From Phoronis australis (Eukaryota; Animalia; Phoronida), in the NCBI GenBank assembly GCA_002633005.1, contig NMRA01000042.1, positions 1,012,230 to 1,076,229 of the forward strand: DNA of 64,000 bases. Direction: 5' to 3'. The position numbers and the translations under genes are program-made. Position 1 is the stretch's first letter. Each line of letters begins with the position of its first letter. The notes beneath the pieces are model-generated. The model did no database searches, was not told the DNA's origin, and was given only the letters and a program-made list of their open reading frames with translations. This document shows, piece by piece, positions 22,575 to 34,526 of the stretch.

Positions 22575-24263
22575 TAGCCCCGGCCCTTAACCGAAAACGT
22601 TTTCACCTCGTATTAAAGTACACATTTGTCACATGGGGACTGGTTGTTCAAATTTTGAGGTCAAGGTCAACTTTCGAAAAACAAAATGGCCGCTAAGTAA
22701 CATAACCTATGGTTGCTTGAGAGATGATAGCACATTTTAAGGCTAGTTGATACTTTATTATCTATAAATCTACCAAATGACATTGTAACATATTTTCCTC
22801 ATAATGTTAAGACACCTCATTTGCATAAATCCAATATGGCCGCCAAATTTTAACCAACCAAGTGCAATTTTAACAAAAGCATCTATTTTGATCTAGTGCA
22901 CAACTAATAATACAAAACCAAATAGGTTCTTTAATCAAAGATGAACTGAATTTATCATTAATTTGAACAATAATTATGAAGACTTGGTTGATGATATGAT
23001 AAAGAGGCTAAAATGTGTATAGAATTTGACAGACTACCCAAAACTCAGGAGCCAGCTTTTCTAACTGTCCGTCACTATTATGCTTGTTCTAGCTCCTGTC
23101 TACATATTCACAGTGTTGTAAACCGATAATATCAACACAATAAAAGCGATTAATGTCAAATTGCCAGTGCGGCTCACAGAATTCAATGAACACCATCGTC
23201 CGTTCCTTGGTCCATAACAAACCATGTTACTGACATGTTCCCTGGCATTCGCAATGTGCTGAGCATGCCAAGTAAATGCTTTTACGTCGACATCTCTTGC
23301 GGCTTAGTGGTGCGTTCTTGCAACGACACTATTGACTGTGGTTACTCATTATAATGAGCCGTTGACAGGTTTTGAAGATTTCAGGCATGTCAGTCCAGTA
23401 ATGTGTGTACTGTCGGTCCGCGTCTCTCTGCCATCCAAATCCCTCTGGACTTGGTTTCTGTTGTATGGGCATTAGACATTTAAGAGTGAAGTACGGCTCA
23501 CAGCAGGCAAAAATGCCCAGAGGGGTGATAAACCCAATGTCACAGATTTGAACCATACTATGCATTTTAGTTACCTTTGGGATGATAAACAAAACAGTAA
23601 ATTCCAATCTCATTTTACCTTGTTTAAGGGGGAGAAATCAGGGAGCCTCTATTTTTGGGGTATGCCATGCAATGAACTCGCCGAAAATGCCTTATTTGCA
23701 CTGTAAAATAAAAAATATCGGCGCACGAGATCATTATTTGTTTTTAATTTTTAAATAAAGCAAGTCTTCGGCTTTACAAAGATGTTAAACAATACTCATT
23801 AACTCTGCCGCTAAGTTAAAAATTTCTGGCATAAATTATAGAGGGGTCAGAGGTTAACAAGTCATTGCAATTTTGCCACACTTTGAGCCCGTATATCTCA
23901 GCTGGCACAACACTGATCACCACCAGACTTTTACACTAGACGTTTCTATCTTATTGATGTTGATTAATACAATAACATTTTCTGGCGCAGAGCATTTTTC
24001 TATACAAATTGCAAGATTGCGACAACCACCTGAGTAGAAATTACCTTCAATACCGATACCTGTTTGGAACATTACAACACCAGTAAAGTGCGTAGTTTTT
24101 ATTCAAAACTTGTGTTATTAATATTTAGTTAAGTGTCATTAAGTCAGGCGCAATTGTTTAAGGTATTTTTCCTTTTTAATTAAAATTCCGTGTTTTTCGT
24201 GAACCCAGTGTCCAACAACAGGTGTCACTTTAGTGGTGGCAAAATGGTTGATCCTGGCTTGCT
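22575..24263 (-). mobile_element. Academ-derived element (C-terminal Cys-rich remnant)
   Basis: About 23230-23480 on minus reads QQKPSPEGFGWQR...HYWTDMPEIFKTCQRLI..*CRCKN...RC..K...LACSAHCECQGTC, an Academ-type C-terminus. Candidate TAG/CTA ends at 22575 and 24263 match poorly, so boundaries are tentative. Confidence 0.55.
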
Positions 24264-26169
24264 ATGTTATCTGCTTGTATGATGGAGTGTGATGAAGTGT
24301 ACGGAACCTCAAAAGAATGTCCTGTGCACATGGGTGAAATCTTGATGCGGCATAAAGTGAGTACAAAACCGCCGCACCTACAGACTGTGCAGCAACTGAT
24401 TTTGGTGAGAGTCGGACAATTTACAAATGCGTGTTTACCGGACCCGTGTCACGCCTGTGTGACTGCGTCCAAGGCAAGGGCAAGACACTGGGCTCATCTT
24501 GGAATTCTGTAGAAACCATGTAGACTCTGCAAACACCCATTTCATTAGTTGTCGCTCGCGTGCCAAGCCTGAAGTGGGGATGCTGGTTGAAATGTCTAAA
24601 ATCAACTTACTTTCACAGGAACTCAACAATGTCAATGCATTTGTGTTCTTTCCTGTTGGATCTGGTGAGTACTACTACTGCTTTGTTTGAATTTGAGGTT
24701 ATCACGATAGCATTGTGGCGGTAATAGTCAGTTTTGTGGATACATTATTCGAGAACCAGTTAGCACCGCTAGAAACAACAGATGTTATTCTAATACAGTA
24801 CCCTGCAATGCAAGTTACTGGTCCTCCTTTCAGGAAGATCACAAACTGTGTGACCATGCATGTACCACAAAAATGTAACAACAGTACTTGTTTTTGAACA
24901 TGTAGTAAAGACAGAGCTTTTTATTGTACACACTGGTGAAATTTAGTAGTCATATGCCTGCATCACTGTAAACAATTGATTAACAGTCTTGTGTTCCTAA
25001 GGGCAAATCAGTGATATACCTGCCCTGTTGCCGTTGTTGGAGTCTAGGCTAGCCTAGAGCTATTCAGTCCACTTACTAGTAGCGTCTTGTGTTGTTGTAA
25101 GTTTAGTCTGAGATTATGTGCATCTAGTGGCCTGTACTTGTTGCAAGCGGAAAATGCAATATCTCATTGACTTACTTTTCAACAACCGATATTGTTATGC
25201 GTCTTCTTTTTAGTTCATTACAGGAAGTATTTTTTCTGTAGATATATTGATGAATGCTGTAGTTATAACATTATAAATTCCAATTTTAACTGACAACCTG
25301 AATTCCGGAATTTCTTTTCACTTCAGCTGTCAGTGAATTATGTAATTCTGGAAATCATAGCGTGTCGTTATGTTTTATGAGTACCACTATGTTGACATTT
25401 GTTGTCTGGATATGATATTCATTTGATGTCCAAAGGAATCCAATCAAACTGGCAAAAATAAATCAAGTACCCACAGTATTTTTTCTTGTTGTACTTATGG
25501 CCGTTTTACATATTACACTCCATGGGTCAAATGAATTATCTCAGCTAAAATCATAGGATCACTCAGCGGCAGTCACCTGTGTAGTGGCTGGGCTCTACAA
25601 AGTTTTGCAAAAAGTGTATAATTCGAGAGTGTTACAACCTGCCTGTCATTTTTCAGAAAGTAGAGCAACAAAGCAGACTCCGCAAAAACTGAGCAGGCGA
25701 TGAAGACGGATGAGCAGTTTCGGGAGGAAGGCTGGCTGACACTGCAACAGGATAAAGGTTTCTTTTCACGCTTGGCTGCCTTGAACCGCGATGGAAAATG
25801 GTCAGATGAGGGAGATAATGAACTTGACAGTCAGTGATGTCCAGTAATACTCCGGATTTCGTCTTTGTTCGAACATTATACAATCTGTTGGGTTGTCTGA
25901 GTGATTTAACCAGTTGTTATTGATGTGATATTGTAGAAACTGAGATAAATGCAAAATGCAATATAGCAACACTTGCTGTGATTTTGTCAGTAAAATTTAG
26001 GATGTTTAGTCAGTGTTCTGGTTGAAACTTTGTTGTCCAATTTATTTAAAGATGCTGGTATTTCAGTTTTCATCTTTCAAATTCATATTACACTCAATCT
26101 CACTTAACTAAAAAGCGAAGCCTTATCTGAGTGTTAACATATGTACAAGCTTAAGGAAAGGTAGTGACT

Positions 26170-26715
26170 TAGGCATACTTGAACCAATTCACTGGCATTT
26201 AGATCAAAGAACACATTTACATATCTCGTTTTTCCATGCTACTTTGTACCACTTAACTGGATGACCAGTGTTCAGTCACATTAAATATCATTTTGACTTT
26301 AATTTGTTCCAACATTGTTTTTGCAGAATGAGAGTTATTTGTACAGTATGTGATGATGAGTTAAGGGAGGTGCCGAGGTCACCTGTATTCTGAATTAACA
26401 TTAGGAGTGTCATGTTTGAGCCAATTCACTGGTATTTAGATCTTTTAACAAATTTAGACATCTCGTGTTTTCCATGGTAGTTTGTATAAATTAACCAGGC
26501 AATGAGTGTTAAACCAGATTCTAGTCGCATTAAATGTCACTTTTTACTTTAGAGTGGTCCAACGTTGTATATACAGACTGGGGAGTTATGTGTACCGTAT
26601 GGGATGAGGAGGTACATGTAAGCGAGGTCACCTGTATTTTGAACAACTAACATAGGAGTCTCCTATTTGAGCCAGTCCATTAGCACTTAGATCAAATACC
26701 ACATTTAGATATCTC
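26170..26715. repeat. Degenerate tandem repeat, unit about 240-250 bp
   Basis: garccaattcactggyatttagatc-like anchor recurs near 26181, 26418 and 26669. Confidence 0.7.
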
Positions 26716-28093
26716 TGATGTGATTTTTCCTTAGAAAGTTGGTAGTCTTGCCATTAAAACACCTCGAAGACTAATTAGCAGTTAGAACCCAATGTGCATG
26801 AAGTTATATTTTGAACTGAGTTTCAAAGTTTATATGCTGTATATTGTTTGTCTGCCGAGATGGAAAAACATGAGCTACAATACAATGCTTGTCGTGTACA
26901 TATGGACTTTATACTGAAAGCAGCCTTTATCATCCTCACTTCTTTCACATGACATCTGCAGTGGATCATGCTTCCAACATGAGGCATTTATATAGTCAAG
27001 TAACAGCTGATCACCTGGAACAGGATACATGTATCTTTGCCCTCTGGAGGACTGAGAAGTGATATGAATTCACTCTTTAGACTTCTCAGAACTAGTCACA
27101 CACACTTATTCAAGTACGTTCCTCTGTGCCTCCCACTGCTCAGGTGAAGTATCTTCTCACTGGTAGCTGATTCCATGCTGTCAGCCCCCATTGCTACTCG
27201 AAAGTCTCACATTTTTCACTTGTGTCAATCACAGCAAAATGCGCGCAGATAGCAAAATGATAACATTAGCCAGCCATACCACCTCAAAAGTGAAGTTATT
27301 GGGACACTGGCGGCTATATAACGTCCACGGAATGACTCTGACCAGTGGTTTTGCATTTGCCTGTAATTGCCAATGAATCTTTCACCTTGACACTGTCCTC
27401 CGCTTTCAACGCCCTGCATCAAAACCACTTGAAGATTCCTAAAGAAATGTTTGTTCAGACACACTGCACAGCTAACCCACAGTAAGCATCTTTGTAAATA
27501 GGACAGTCACAGATAAAACCATAAATAAATGTTCTTATTCATACAACACTGTAAGATTTGGAACGTCGCAAGTGGGGAGAGGGCAACACGATTTTTGAAG
27601 GAAAGTGTTATGAAAATGATTTGTCGGCGTTGTTTCTTTTTTGTTTTTAGCCGTGCAAATAAGATTACGGAGCTTTGTAAAACCAGTGAGATTTGAATTT
27701 CGACTCTCGCAAAAGGTGTCCTGCCAAAACTACTGCTATTTGCGTAGTAAGTATCCTAATTCCATGACAACGAGCACTTTCTGGAAATAAAGTAGTGTAC
27801 CCTCGGTGCCTAGAAAATACAAAATTTGATGAATGATAAATTGATTCGCCGTTTGCTGGCCAACTATTAAAAAATGTTCACTTTTTGTTGACGTTTGTCG
27901 GCATTACTCATTGTGGTGAAATGGCGTAACCACCAGTCATTTTTGACTTCAAATGACATGAAATCCGTTCGCGCCAGGACTTTTTTTTGTCTAATTTTGT
28001 AGACCTAAAACAGCTCAACACACTGGTTGGCACTAAAATGTTCTGAAACCTGTGCCAGCTTACTTGTAAACATGGTGGTATCTGCTTCCCAGC

Positions 28094-28150
28094 GTCGTCG
28101 TCAGCTAGGAGTCCATCTTCATCGTGGGTTTCGGCCTTGACCTAGAACCC
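28094..28150 (-). ncRNA. Candidate permuted hammerhead-like motif in HERO 3' UTR (second copy 31448-31504)
   Basis: Sense RNA: GGGUU-CUAGG ... GAAACCC ... CCUAG-CUGACGA. Core motifs and stem I/III complementarity are present, but strand order is non-canonical. Confidence 0.35.
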
Positions 28151-28178
28151 TCTCCGATGGTAGGTCTCTGAAGGCTGA

Positions 28179-31085
28179 TCAGACCTCCAGCCGACGCTGG
28201 GGTTGCCATTTGTTCTCACGCTGTAACCACAGCCACACGGTTGCTTCCTCCGCTGCTCTTACAGTAGACTTAAACATATCAGCTCGCCCTCTTGATGAAA
28301 TGCCCAGTAGCTTCGTCATCCGCCACATGCTTCCAGCAATAAACCCTCGACATCCAACTTCTATGGGGAGACAGAAGCATTTCCAGCCATTCGCTGCACA
28401 TTCCTGCGATAGCTCTGCGTACTTGAGTAGTTTCCTCTCGTGAGCCTCTTGCACCCTAGTCTCCCACGGCACCGTTAACTCGATCAAAGTCACTATCTTC
28501 TTGCTGTCTGCCCACAACACTATGTCTGGTCGTAACTGGGTTACTGCAATATGGCTTGGGAATGAACCCCTAGTTACCACATCCGTCACCATCTTCCAGT
28601 CGACAGCCATACCTAGAATACCTGAATCACGCCTCTTAGTGGATACCCCGCCTTTGTTGAATTGAATGAGTGCTTTACCAGAGTTAGTCGCCTTCCTTCT
28701 CTCCAGATCTAAAACATGTGCAATACACTTGAGAATCTTATCATGGCGCCAAGTGTACTTCCCTGAGGTGAGAGCTTCTCTACAGCTGGATAGAACGTGT
28801 TCTAAGGTACACCGCTTGCCACAGCCCCTGCAGCTGTCATCCTCAGTTTTGCCCCACGTTCGAAGATTTACAGGTGTTGGGAGAGTGTCATATATGGAAC
28901 CAAGTAAAAAGCCCAATCTGAATTGGTCTGAAGACAGAAGGTCTTTACCAGTTATCCTTCTGCTGTTCACTCCTTCCCATGATGTCCATGCGCCCTGTTT
29001 CCTCAGTCCGACCGCTTCAGCATACCTTCTCTCGTTCTCCTGGGATCTAACTTCGTCCAAAACCATTTTGCGCCTCTCTTTGCCCGTTGACAACTTCCAC
29101 CTCTTCCCCGGAACCATTCCCAATCCCTGTCTTCCATGGCAGACGGTTCCCACGATATCTTTATGCCGTAACCTGCTCTCTGCCTCCTCCACTGCTACAG
29201 CAGCCTTCCACTTTCTTCCAGAATCTACCGATAATTCACTCTCTCTGATCATCTCATCTCTCGAGTTCCGCAGAGTCAATAATGTTCTGCACTTTATCAC
29301 CTTGAACTCCTCCACAATCGATGTCACAGGCAGAGAAACTGCGCCTCCTTTGATGTATAAGCCGAGTCTTGCAAAACTTGGTGGGACACCCAACCACTTT
29401 CTTAACCATCTGCTCACCATCCTTTCCATTTTCTCTGCAGTTGAAATTGAGAAATCGTACATTGTCAGTGGCCACATAACTTTAGGGAAAAGTCCAAACT
29501 GGTAGCACCAGACTTTGAATCTGCCCGGGAGACCGCTCTTCTCAATCTTGATCAAATTGTCACTCAGCTCTTTGATGGCTGCCTTTACATGCTCCACATC
29601 TTTCAAAGACCCGCTGTAGAACTTCCCTAAGTACTTAACTGGTTTTCTGCTCACAGATGGAATGGCCTCTGAACCTATCTTGAACGTATGGTGTGGGTTG
29701 ACTTTTCCCTTAACAATGACAAGGCTACGGGACTTCTCCACCTTGAAACTCATGCGTGCCCAATTAGCCAGCTCGCCCAGTGTCTTGACCACCCAAGCGG
29801 CACCTACCGCAAACCCTGTCGTAATCGTCAAATCATCCACAAATGCTCTGCAAGGTGGCATCCTTTTACCCTGCAACAAAGGTCCTCTGCACTCTTTACT
29901 AGCCCGCTTGATGATGACATTCATAGCCATGATGAAAAGGATGATCGATATGGTGCACCCTGTCATTATCCCCTTCTCGAGCGGCTGCCAACCTGTAGTG
30001 AAGTCGTTGACTGTGAACCTCATATAAGTCCCACGGAAGTAACTTGTAATGAGATCTCGAAGTTCTCTAGGGATATGGTAGGTCTCCATTGCCAATTCAA
30101 TTAGTGCATGGGGCATCGATCCATAGGCATTTGCCATGTCCAACCATACCACTGCTAAATCAGCCTTGTTTCGCTTAGCATCTTTAATGAGCTCTGTTAT
30201 GGCGCTATTATGCTCCAGACACCCTGCATATCCAGGAATTCCACCCTTCTGTACTGTTGGATCCACAAACTTGTTGCTCAGGAGATAACTCGTCATCCTG
30301 GCTGAAATGACTGCAAAGAAGATCTTCCCTTCCACATCTAGAAGCGAGATGGGACGAAAATCACCGATCCTGATGGCTCCCTTCACCTTCGGGATATACA
30401 CCCCTTCTGCTTTACCCCAAGTGTCAGGCAGAATCTTCTGTTTCCATATAACTCTCAGAAGCTTCCACAGACGCCTCAACAGCCTTGGACACTTCTTATA
30501 CACTTTATAAGGCAGACCCGACGGCCCTGGGGCTGACCCTGATCTTGACTTTTCTATGACATTCTTCACCTCTGAGAACTTGATGTCCCCCATTTCCAAG
30601 GCTACACTTGGTGCATCCTCAACATCCAGCCAATCGAAGTCCGCCAACTGTGCATTCCTGGCCCCGTCACTGTGCACGTCCTTCAGATGGTTTTCCAGCT
30701 CCTCCTGTGTACACTTCAGACGCCCACTGGCCTCCTTCCCCAGAATGCCCTTTACAAACTTGAAAGGGTTAGCCATAAACCTCTCTCTTGTGCGTGTACG
30801 CTCGGCTCTCTTCTTCCTCAGACGTTCAGCTTTGCTTAATCTCAAAAGCCTAGACCTTAACTCGAACCGAAGCTGTGCCAAACCTTCTTTCTCCTGCTGA
30901 ACAGCCTTCTTCCACAACTTCTTCATATGTCGCAATTCCTGCCCGATTTGAGAAATCTCTATCTGCCTTCTACTTGGGCCGGCTGGTTCTCTGGGTTTTC
31001 TCCTCTCCTCTTCCCCAAATCTCTCTTTGCAAATCGAGTAAACCAACTGAGTCATCGTTCCCATCTTCTTCTGAGCAGAACCCAC
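28179..31085 (-). CDS. Reverse transcriptase plus restriction-like endonuclease ORF of HERO-like copy 1
   Basis: Uninterrupted 968 codons; the true N-terminus is lost (upstream nonsense codon and truncation). Confidence 0.88.
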   Translation of the reverse strand: MGSAQKKMGTMTQLVYSICKERFGEEERRKPREPAGPSRRQIEISQIGQELRHMKKLWKKAVQQEKEGLAQLRFELRSRLLRLSKAERLRKKRAERTRTRERFMANPFKFVKGILGKEASGRLKCTQEELENHLKDVHSDGARNAQLADFDWLDVEDAPSVALEMGDIKFSEVKNVIEKSRSGSAPGPSGLPYKVYKKCPRLLRRLWKLLRVIWKQKILPDTWGKAEGVYIPKVKGAIRIGDFRPISLLDVEGKIFFAVISARMTSYLLSNKFVDPTVQKGGIPGYAGCLEHNSAITELIKDAKRNKADLAVVWLDMANAYGSMPHALIELAMETYHIPRELRDLITSYFRGTYMRFTVNDFTTGWQPLEKGIMTGCTISIILFIMAMNVIIKRASKECRGPLLQGKRMPPCRAFVDDLTITTGFAVGAAWVVKTLGELANWARMSFKVEKSRSLVIVKGKVNPHHTFKIGSEAIPSVSRKPVKYLGKFYSGSLKDVEHVKAAIKELSDNLIKIEKSGLPGRFKVWCYQFGLFPKVMWPLTMYDFSISTAEKMERMVSRWLRKWLGVPPSFARLGLYIKGGAVSLPVTSIVEEFKVIKCRTLLTLRNSRDEMIRESELSVDSGRKWKAAVAVEEAESRLRHKDIVGTVCHGRQGLGMVPGKRWKLSTGKERRKMVLDEVRSQENERRYAEAVGLRKQGAWTSWEGVNSRRITGKDLLSSDQFRLGFLLGSIYDTLPTPVNLRTWGKTEDDSCRGCGKRCTLEHVLSSCREALTSGKYTWRHDKILKCIAHVLDLERRKATNSGKALIQFNKGGVSTKRRDSGILGMAVDWKMVTDVVTRGSFPSHIAVTQLRPDIVLWADSKKIVTLIELTVPWETRVQEAHERKLLKYAELSQECAANGWKCFCLPIEVGCRGFIAGSMWRMTKLLGISSRGRADMFKSTVRAAEEATVWLWLQRENKWQPQRRLEV

Positions 31086-31412
31086 CAGCGTTACCTCAAG
31101 GATTTAGTCAATGTCCTCATCTAGTTGTTTCCATTCCTTCTCTGCCGCACCCTTTGGCCACTTCAGCTTCTCCTTGCGTGGAAAATTGTGGACAGCTCTT
31201 GTTGGTTCCTGGGGCCTTGGGAGGTACCTGAGGGTATTCTCTCATATGGTTACTTGTAGCACTTGACATTACACCGGAGGTAGGTTGCTAGCCTCTCCGG
31301 CAGTTTGGTTGCTGTCTTTCCAGCTGTCTGCTGTCTCTCCAGCTGCCACCTGCCTCTCCAGGTTGTCTCCCAGCCTATTCCTGGTTGTCACTGAACTCTG
31401 TTCAGAGGTTAA

Positions 31413-33401
31413 CTTACTTGTAAACATGGTGGTATCTGCTACCCAGCGTCGTCGTCAGCTAGGAGTCAATCTTCATCGTGGGTTTCGACCTTGACCTAGA
31501 ACCCTCTCCGATGGTAGGTCTCTGAAGGCTGATCAGACCTCCAGCCGACGCTGGGGTTGCCATTTGTTCTCACGCTGTAACCACAGCCACACGGTTGCTT
31601 CCTCCGCTGCTCTTACAGTAGACTTAAACATAACAGCTCACCCTCTTGATGAAATGCCCAGTAGCTTCGTCATCCGCCACATGCTTCCAGCAATAAAGCC
31701 TCGACATCCAACTTCTATGGGGAGACAGAAGCATTTCCAGCCATTCGCTGCACATTCCTGCGATAGCTCTGCATACTTGAGTAGTTTCCTCTAGTGAGCC
31801 TCTTGCACCCTAGTCTCCCACGGCACCGTTAACTCGATCAAAGTCACTATCTTCTTGCTGTCTGCCCACAACACTATGTCTGGTCGTAACTGGGTTACCG
31901 CAATATGGCTTGGGAATGAACCCCTAGTTACCACATCCGTCACCATCTTCCAGTCGACAGCTATACCTAGAATACCTAAATCACGCCTCTTAGTGGATAC
32001 CCCGCCTTTGTTGAATTGAATGAGTGCTTTGCCAGAGTTAGTCGCCTTCCTTCTCTCCAGATCTAAAACATGTGCAATACACTTGAGAAGCTTATCATGG
32101 CGCCAAGTGTACTTCCCTGAAGTGAGAGCTTCTCTACAGCTGGATAGAACGTGTTCTAAGGTACACCGCTTGCCACAGCCCCTGCAGCTGTCATCCTCAG
32201 TTTTGCCCCAAGTTCGAAGATTTACAGGTGTTGGGAGAGTGTCATATATGGAACCAATCTGAATTGGTCTGAAGACAGAAGGTCTTTACCAGTTATCCTT
32301 CTGCTGTTCACTCCTTCCCATGATGTCCATGTACCCTGTTTCCTCAGTCCGACCGCTTCAGCATACCTTCTCTCGTTCTCCTGGGATATAACTTCGCCCA
32401 AAACCATTTTGCGCTTCTCTTTGCCTGTTGACAACTTCCACCTCATCCCCGGAACCATTCCCAATCCCTGTCTTCCATGGCAGACGGTTCCCACGATATC
32501 TTTATGCCGTAACCTTCTCTCTGCCTCCTCCACTGCTACAGCAGCCTTCCACTTTCTTCCAGAATCTACCGATAATTCACTCTCTCTGATCATCTCATCT
32601 CTCGAGTTCCGCAGAGTCAATAATGTTCTGCACTTTATCACCTTGAACTCCTCCACAATCGATGTCACAGGCACAGAAACTGCGCCTCCTTTGTTGTATA
32701 AGCCGAGTCTTGCAAAACTCGGTGGGACACCCAACCACTTTCTTAACCATCTGCTCACCATCCTTTCCATTTTCTCTGCAGTTGAAATTGAGAAATCGTA
32801 CATTGTCAGTGGCCACATAACTTTAGGGAAAAGTCCAAACTGGTAGCACCAGACTTAGAATCTCCCCGGGAGACCGCTCTTCTCAATCTTGATCAAATTG
32901 TCACTCAGCTCTTTGATGGCTGCCTTTACATGCTCCACATCTTTCAAAGACCCGCTGTAGAACTTCCCTAAGTACTTAACTGGTTTTCTGCTCACAGATG
33001 GAATGTCCTCTGAACCTATCTTGAACGTATGATGTGGGTTGACTTTTCCCTTAACAATGACAAGGCTATGGGACTTCTCCATCTTGAAACTCATGCGTGC
33101 CCAATTAGCCAGCTCGCCCAGTGTCTTGACCACCCAAGCGGCACCTACCGCAAACCCTGTCGTAATCGTCAAATCATCCACAAATGCTCTGCAAGGTGGC
33201 ATCCTTTTACCCTGCAACAAAGGTCCTCTGCACTCTTTACTAGCCCGCTTGATGATGACATTCATAGCCATGATGAAAAGGATGATCGATATGGTGCACC
33301 CTGTCATTATCCCCTTCTCGAGCGGTTGCCAACCTGTAGTGAAGTCGTTGACTGTGAACCTCATATAAGTCCCACGGAAGTAACTTGTAATGAGATCTCG
33401 A
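31413..33401 (-). mobile_element. HERO-like retrotransposon, copy 2, more 5'-truncated and disrupted
   Basis: Near-identical to 28059-30060; a 13-bp deletion near 32256, extra stops; its 3' end (cttacttgtaaac on +) directly abuts the 5' end of copy 1. Confidence 0.92.
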
Positions 33402-34351
33402 GATATCGGGATACGAATTTAGCCAATTTTGACAGTTTCAAAAATCACTAAAAGTACTCATCTTATGCGGCTCTAAAAACAGACAAAAAATTATCGAAAT
33501 CTTTTAAATTTTCATGACTAAAGTAGTCAAAGGTCACACCTGATCAATAACACAGTTTCAATATTTCAACGTTACTTCCACTGCGCAACGTAATTGCCGG
33601 AATTTTACTAAAACTTAGCTGCTGCCAGGCTGAAAACTTGTCGGAAACAAATAGTATCCATGGAAACCAAAAGGGGGCGTTTTGAAAAAATAAAGGTAGT
33701 CTGGAGTCAGTGGGGCCAGTGTCATCTCTTAGACAAAATATAAAGAGAATCTGTGACATAGCGTTTATCACCCTCTGCCTGGTCCATTCGCGAACATGCT
33801 CTTAAGCCATATACCAGCATCTGTTCACATGCTGTATCAGAGCAGTGTTGTGTTTTATCAGAGCAGACTGGATAGGCGGTAGACATCGGCATGAGCTGAA
33901 CTTTTCGGACGGAAAAGCTCGCTTTGTAAACCATGGACTTGGTTGGTTTTGGCTTTACGATCATTTAGGAGACATGTAAATGTTTCAGTTGCTTTGAATT
34001 CCTGACACTTAGAACGTTCCCTTGCGTTCAGTAGTATGTAAGGTCGAGTTATTGCTTCTTTTTCTTCGAGCTGCACCAATCCATTATTTTAATAATGAGG
34101 TCTAGAGCGAGGGAAATAGTACACAAGGTGAACTATCATTACCAATTTTTCCCAAGTCCAGAAATAACTTTTAGTCAAACTGAAACAAGTCCTGACGGAA
34201 TGGGAAATTGTGACAGTCTTGGTAGTCTTGTGTAGTTACCAACGTATACAGTATGGCTGTCCCAATTGTAGTGGATTTCGGGACTTTGAAAATTGTGTTG
34301 ACTCTGAAGAATGGATACATGTACACTACCTATTTGTCGAGTGTTTTACAG

Positions 34352-34526
34352 AATTTTTAGGATAATGGATGACGATGGGAGCAGGTCTCTCTCTTGGGAT
34401 GAGTTCAAAAAAGGAGTGGATGAATGTTCAATTACACTGACTCCTGGCGAAATCGAGCAGTTGTTTCAAAAGTTCAAAGGCGACAATGAATCCATCTCGA
34501 TTGACGAGCTTATCGTTAACATTCAA
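34352..34526 (+). CDS. CAPSL: Calcyphosin-like protein, coding exon 2 (EF-hands 1-2)
   Basis: Acceptor ttttacag|A completes the Arg codon from exon 1, then IFRIMDDDGSRSLSWDEFKKGVDECSITLTPGEIEQLFQKFKGDNESISIDELIVNIQ; donor CAA|gtgagt, phase 0. Confidence 0.93.

Larger units (their letters stand above)
28059..31412 (-). mobile_element. HERO-like (R2 group, RLE-type) non-LTR retrotransposon, copy 1, 5'-truncated
   Basis: 968-aa ORF with RT (FRPISLL, WLDMANAYGS, GIMTGC, AFVDDL, KYLG), CCHC knuckle (CRGCGKRCTLEHVLSSC), RHD and RLE (RPDIVLW..IELTVPWE..K). A homologous frame (KLKWPK..EWKQLDEDID) continues upstream past a stop at 31104-31106. No poly(A) tail or TSD seen. Confidence 0.92.

Noticed and set aside
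24440-25880. Possible nested gene exons (donor gtgagt near 24665, acceptor tttttcag near 25657)
   Set aside because: No recognisable protein and no consistent open frame could be assembled.
28210-31494. Plus-strand ORFs overlapping the HERO element
   Set aside because: Antisense shadows of the RT ORF with no recognisable motifs.
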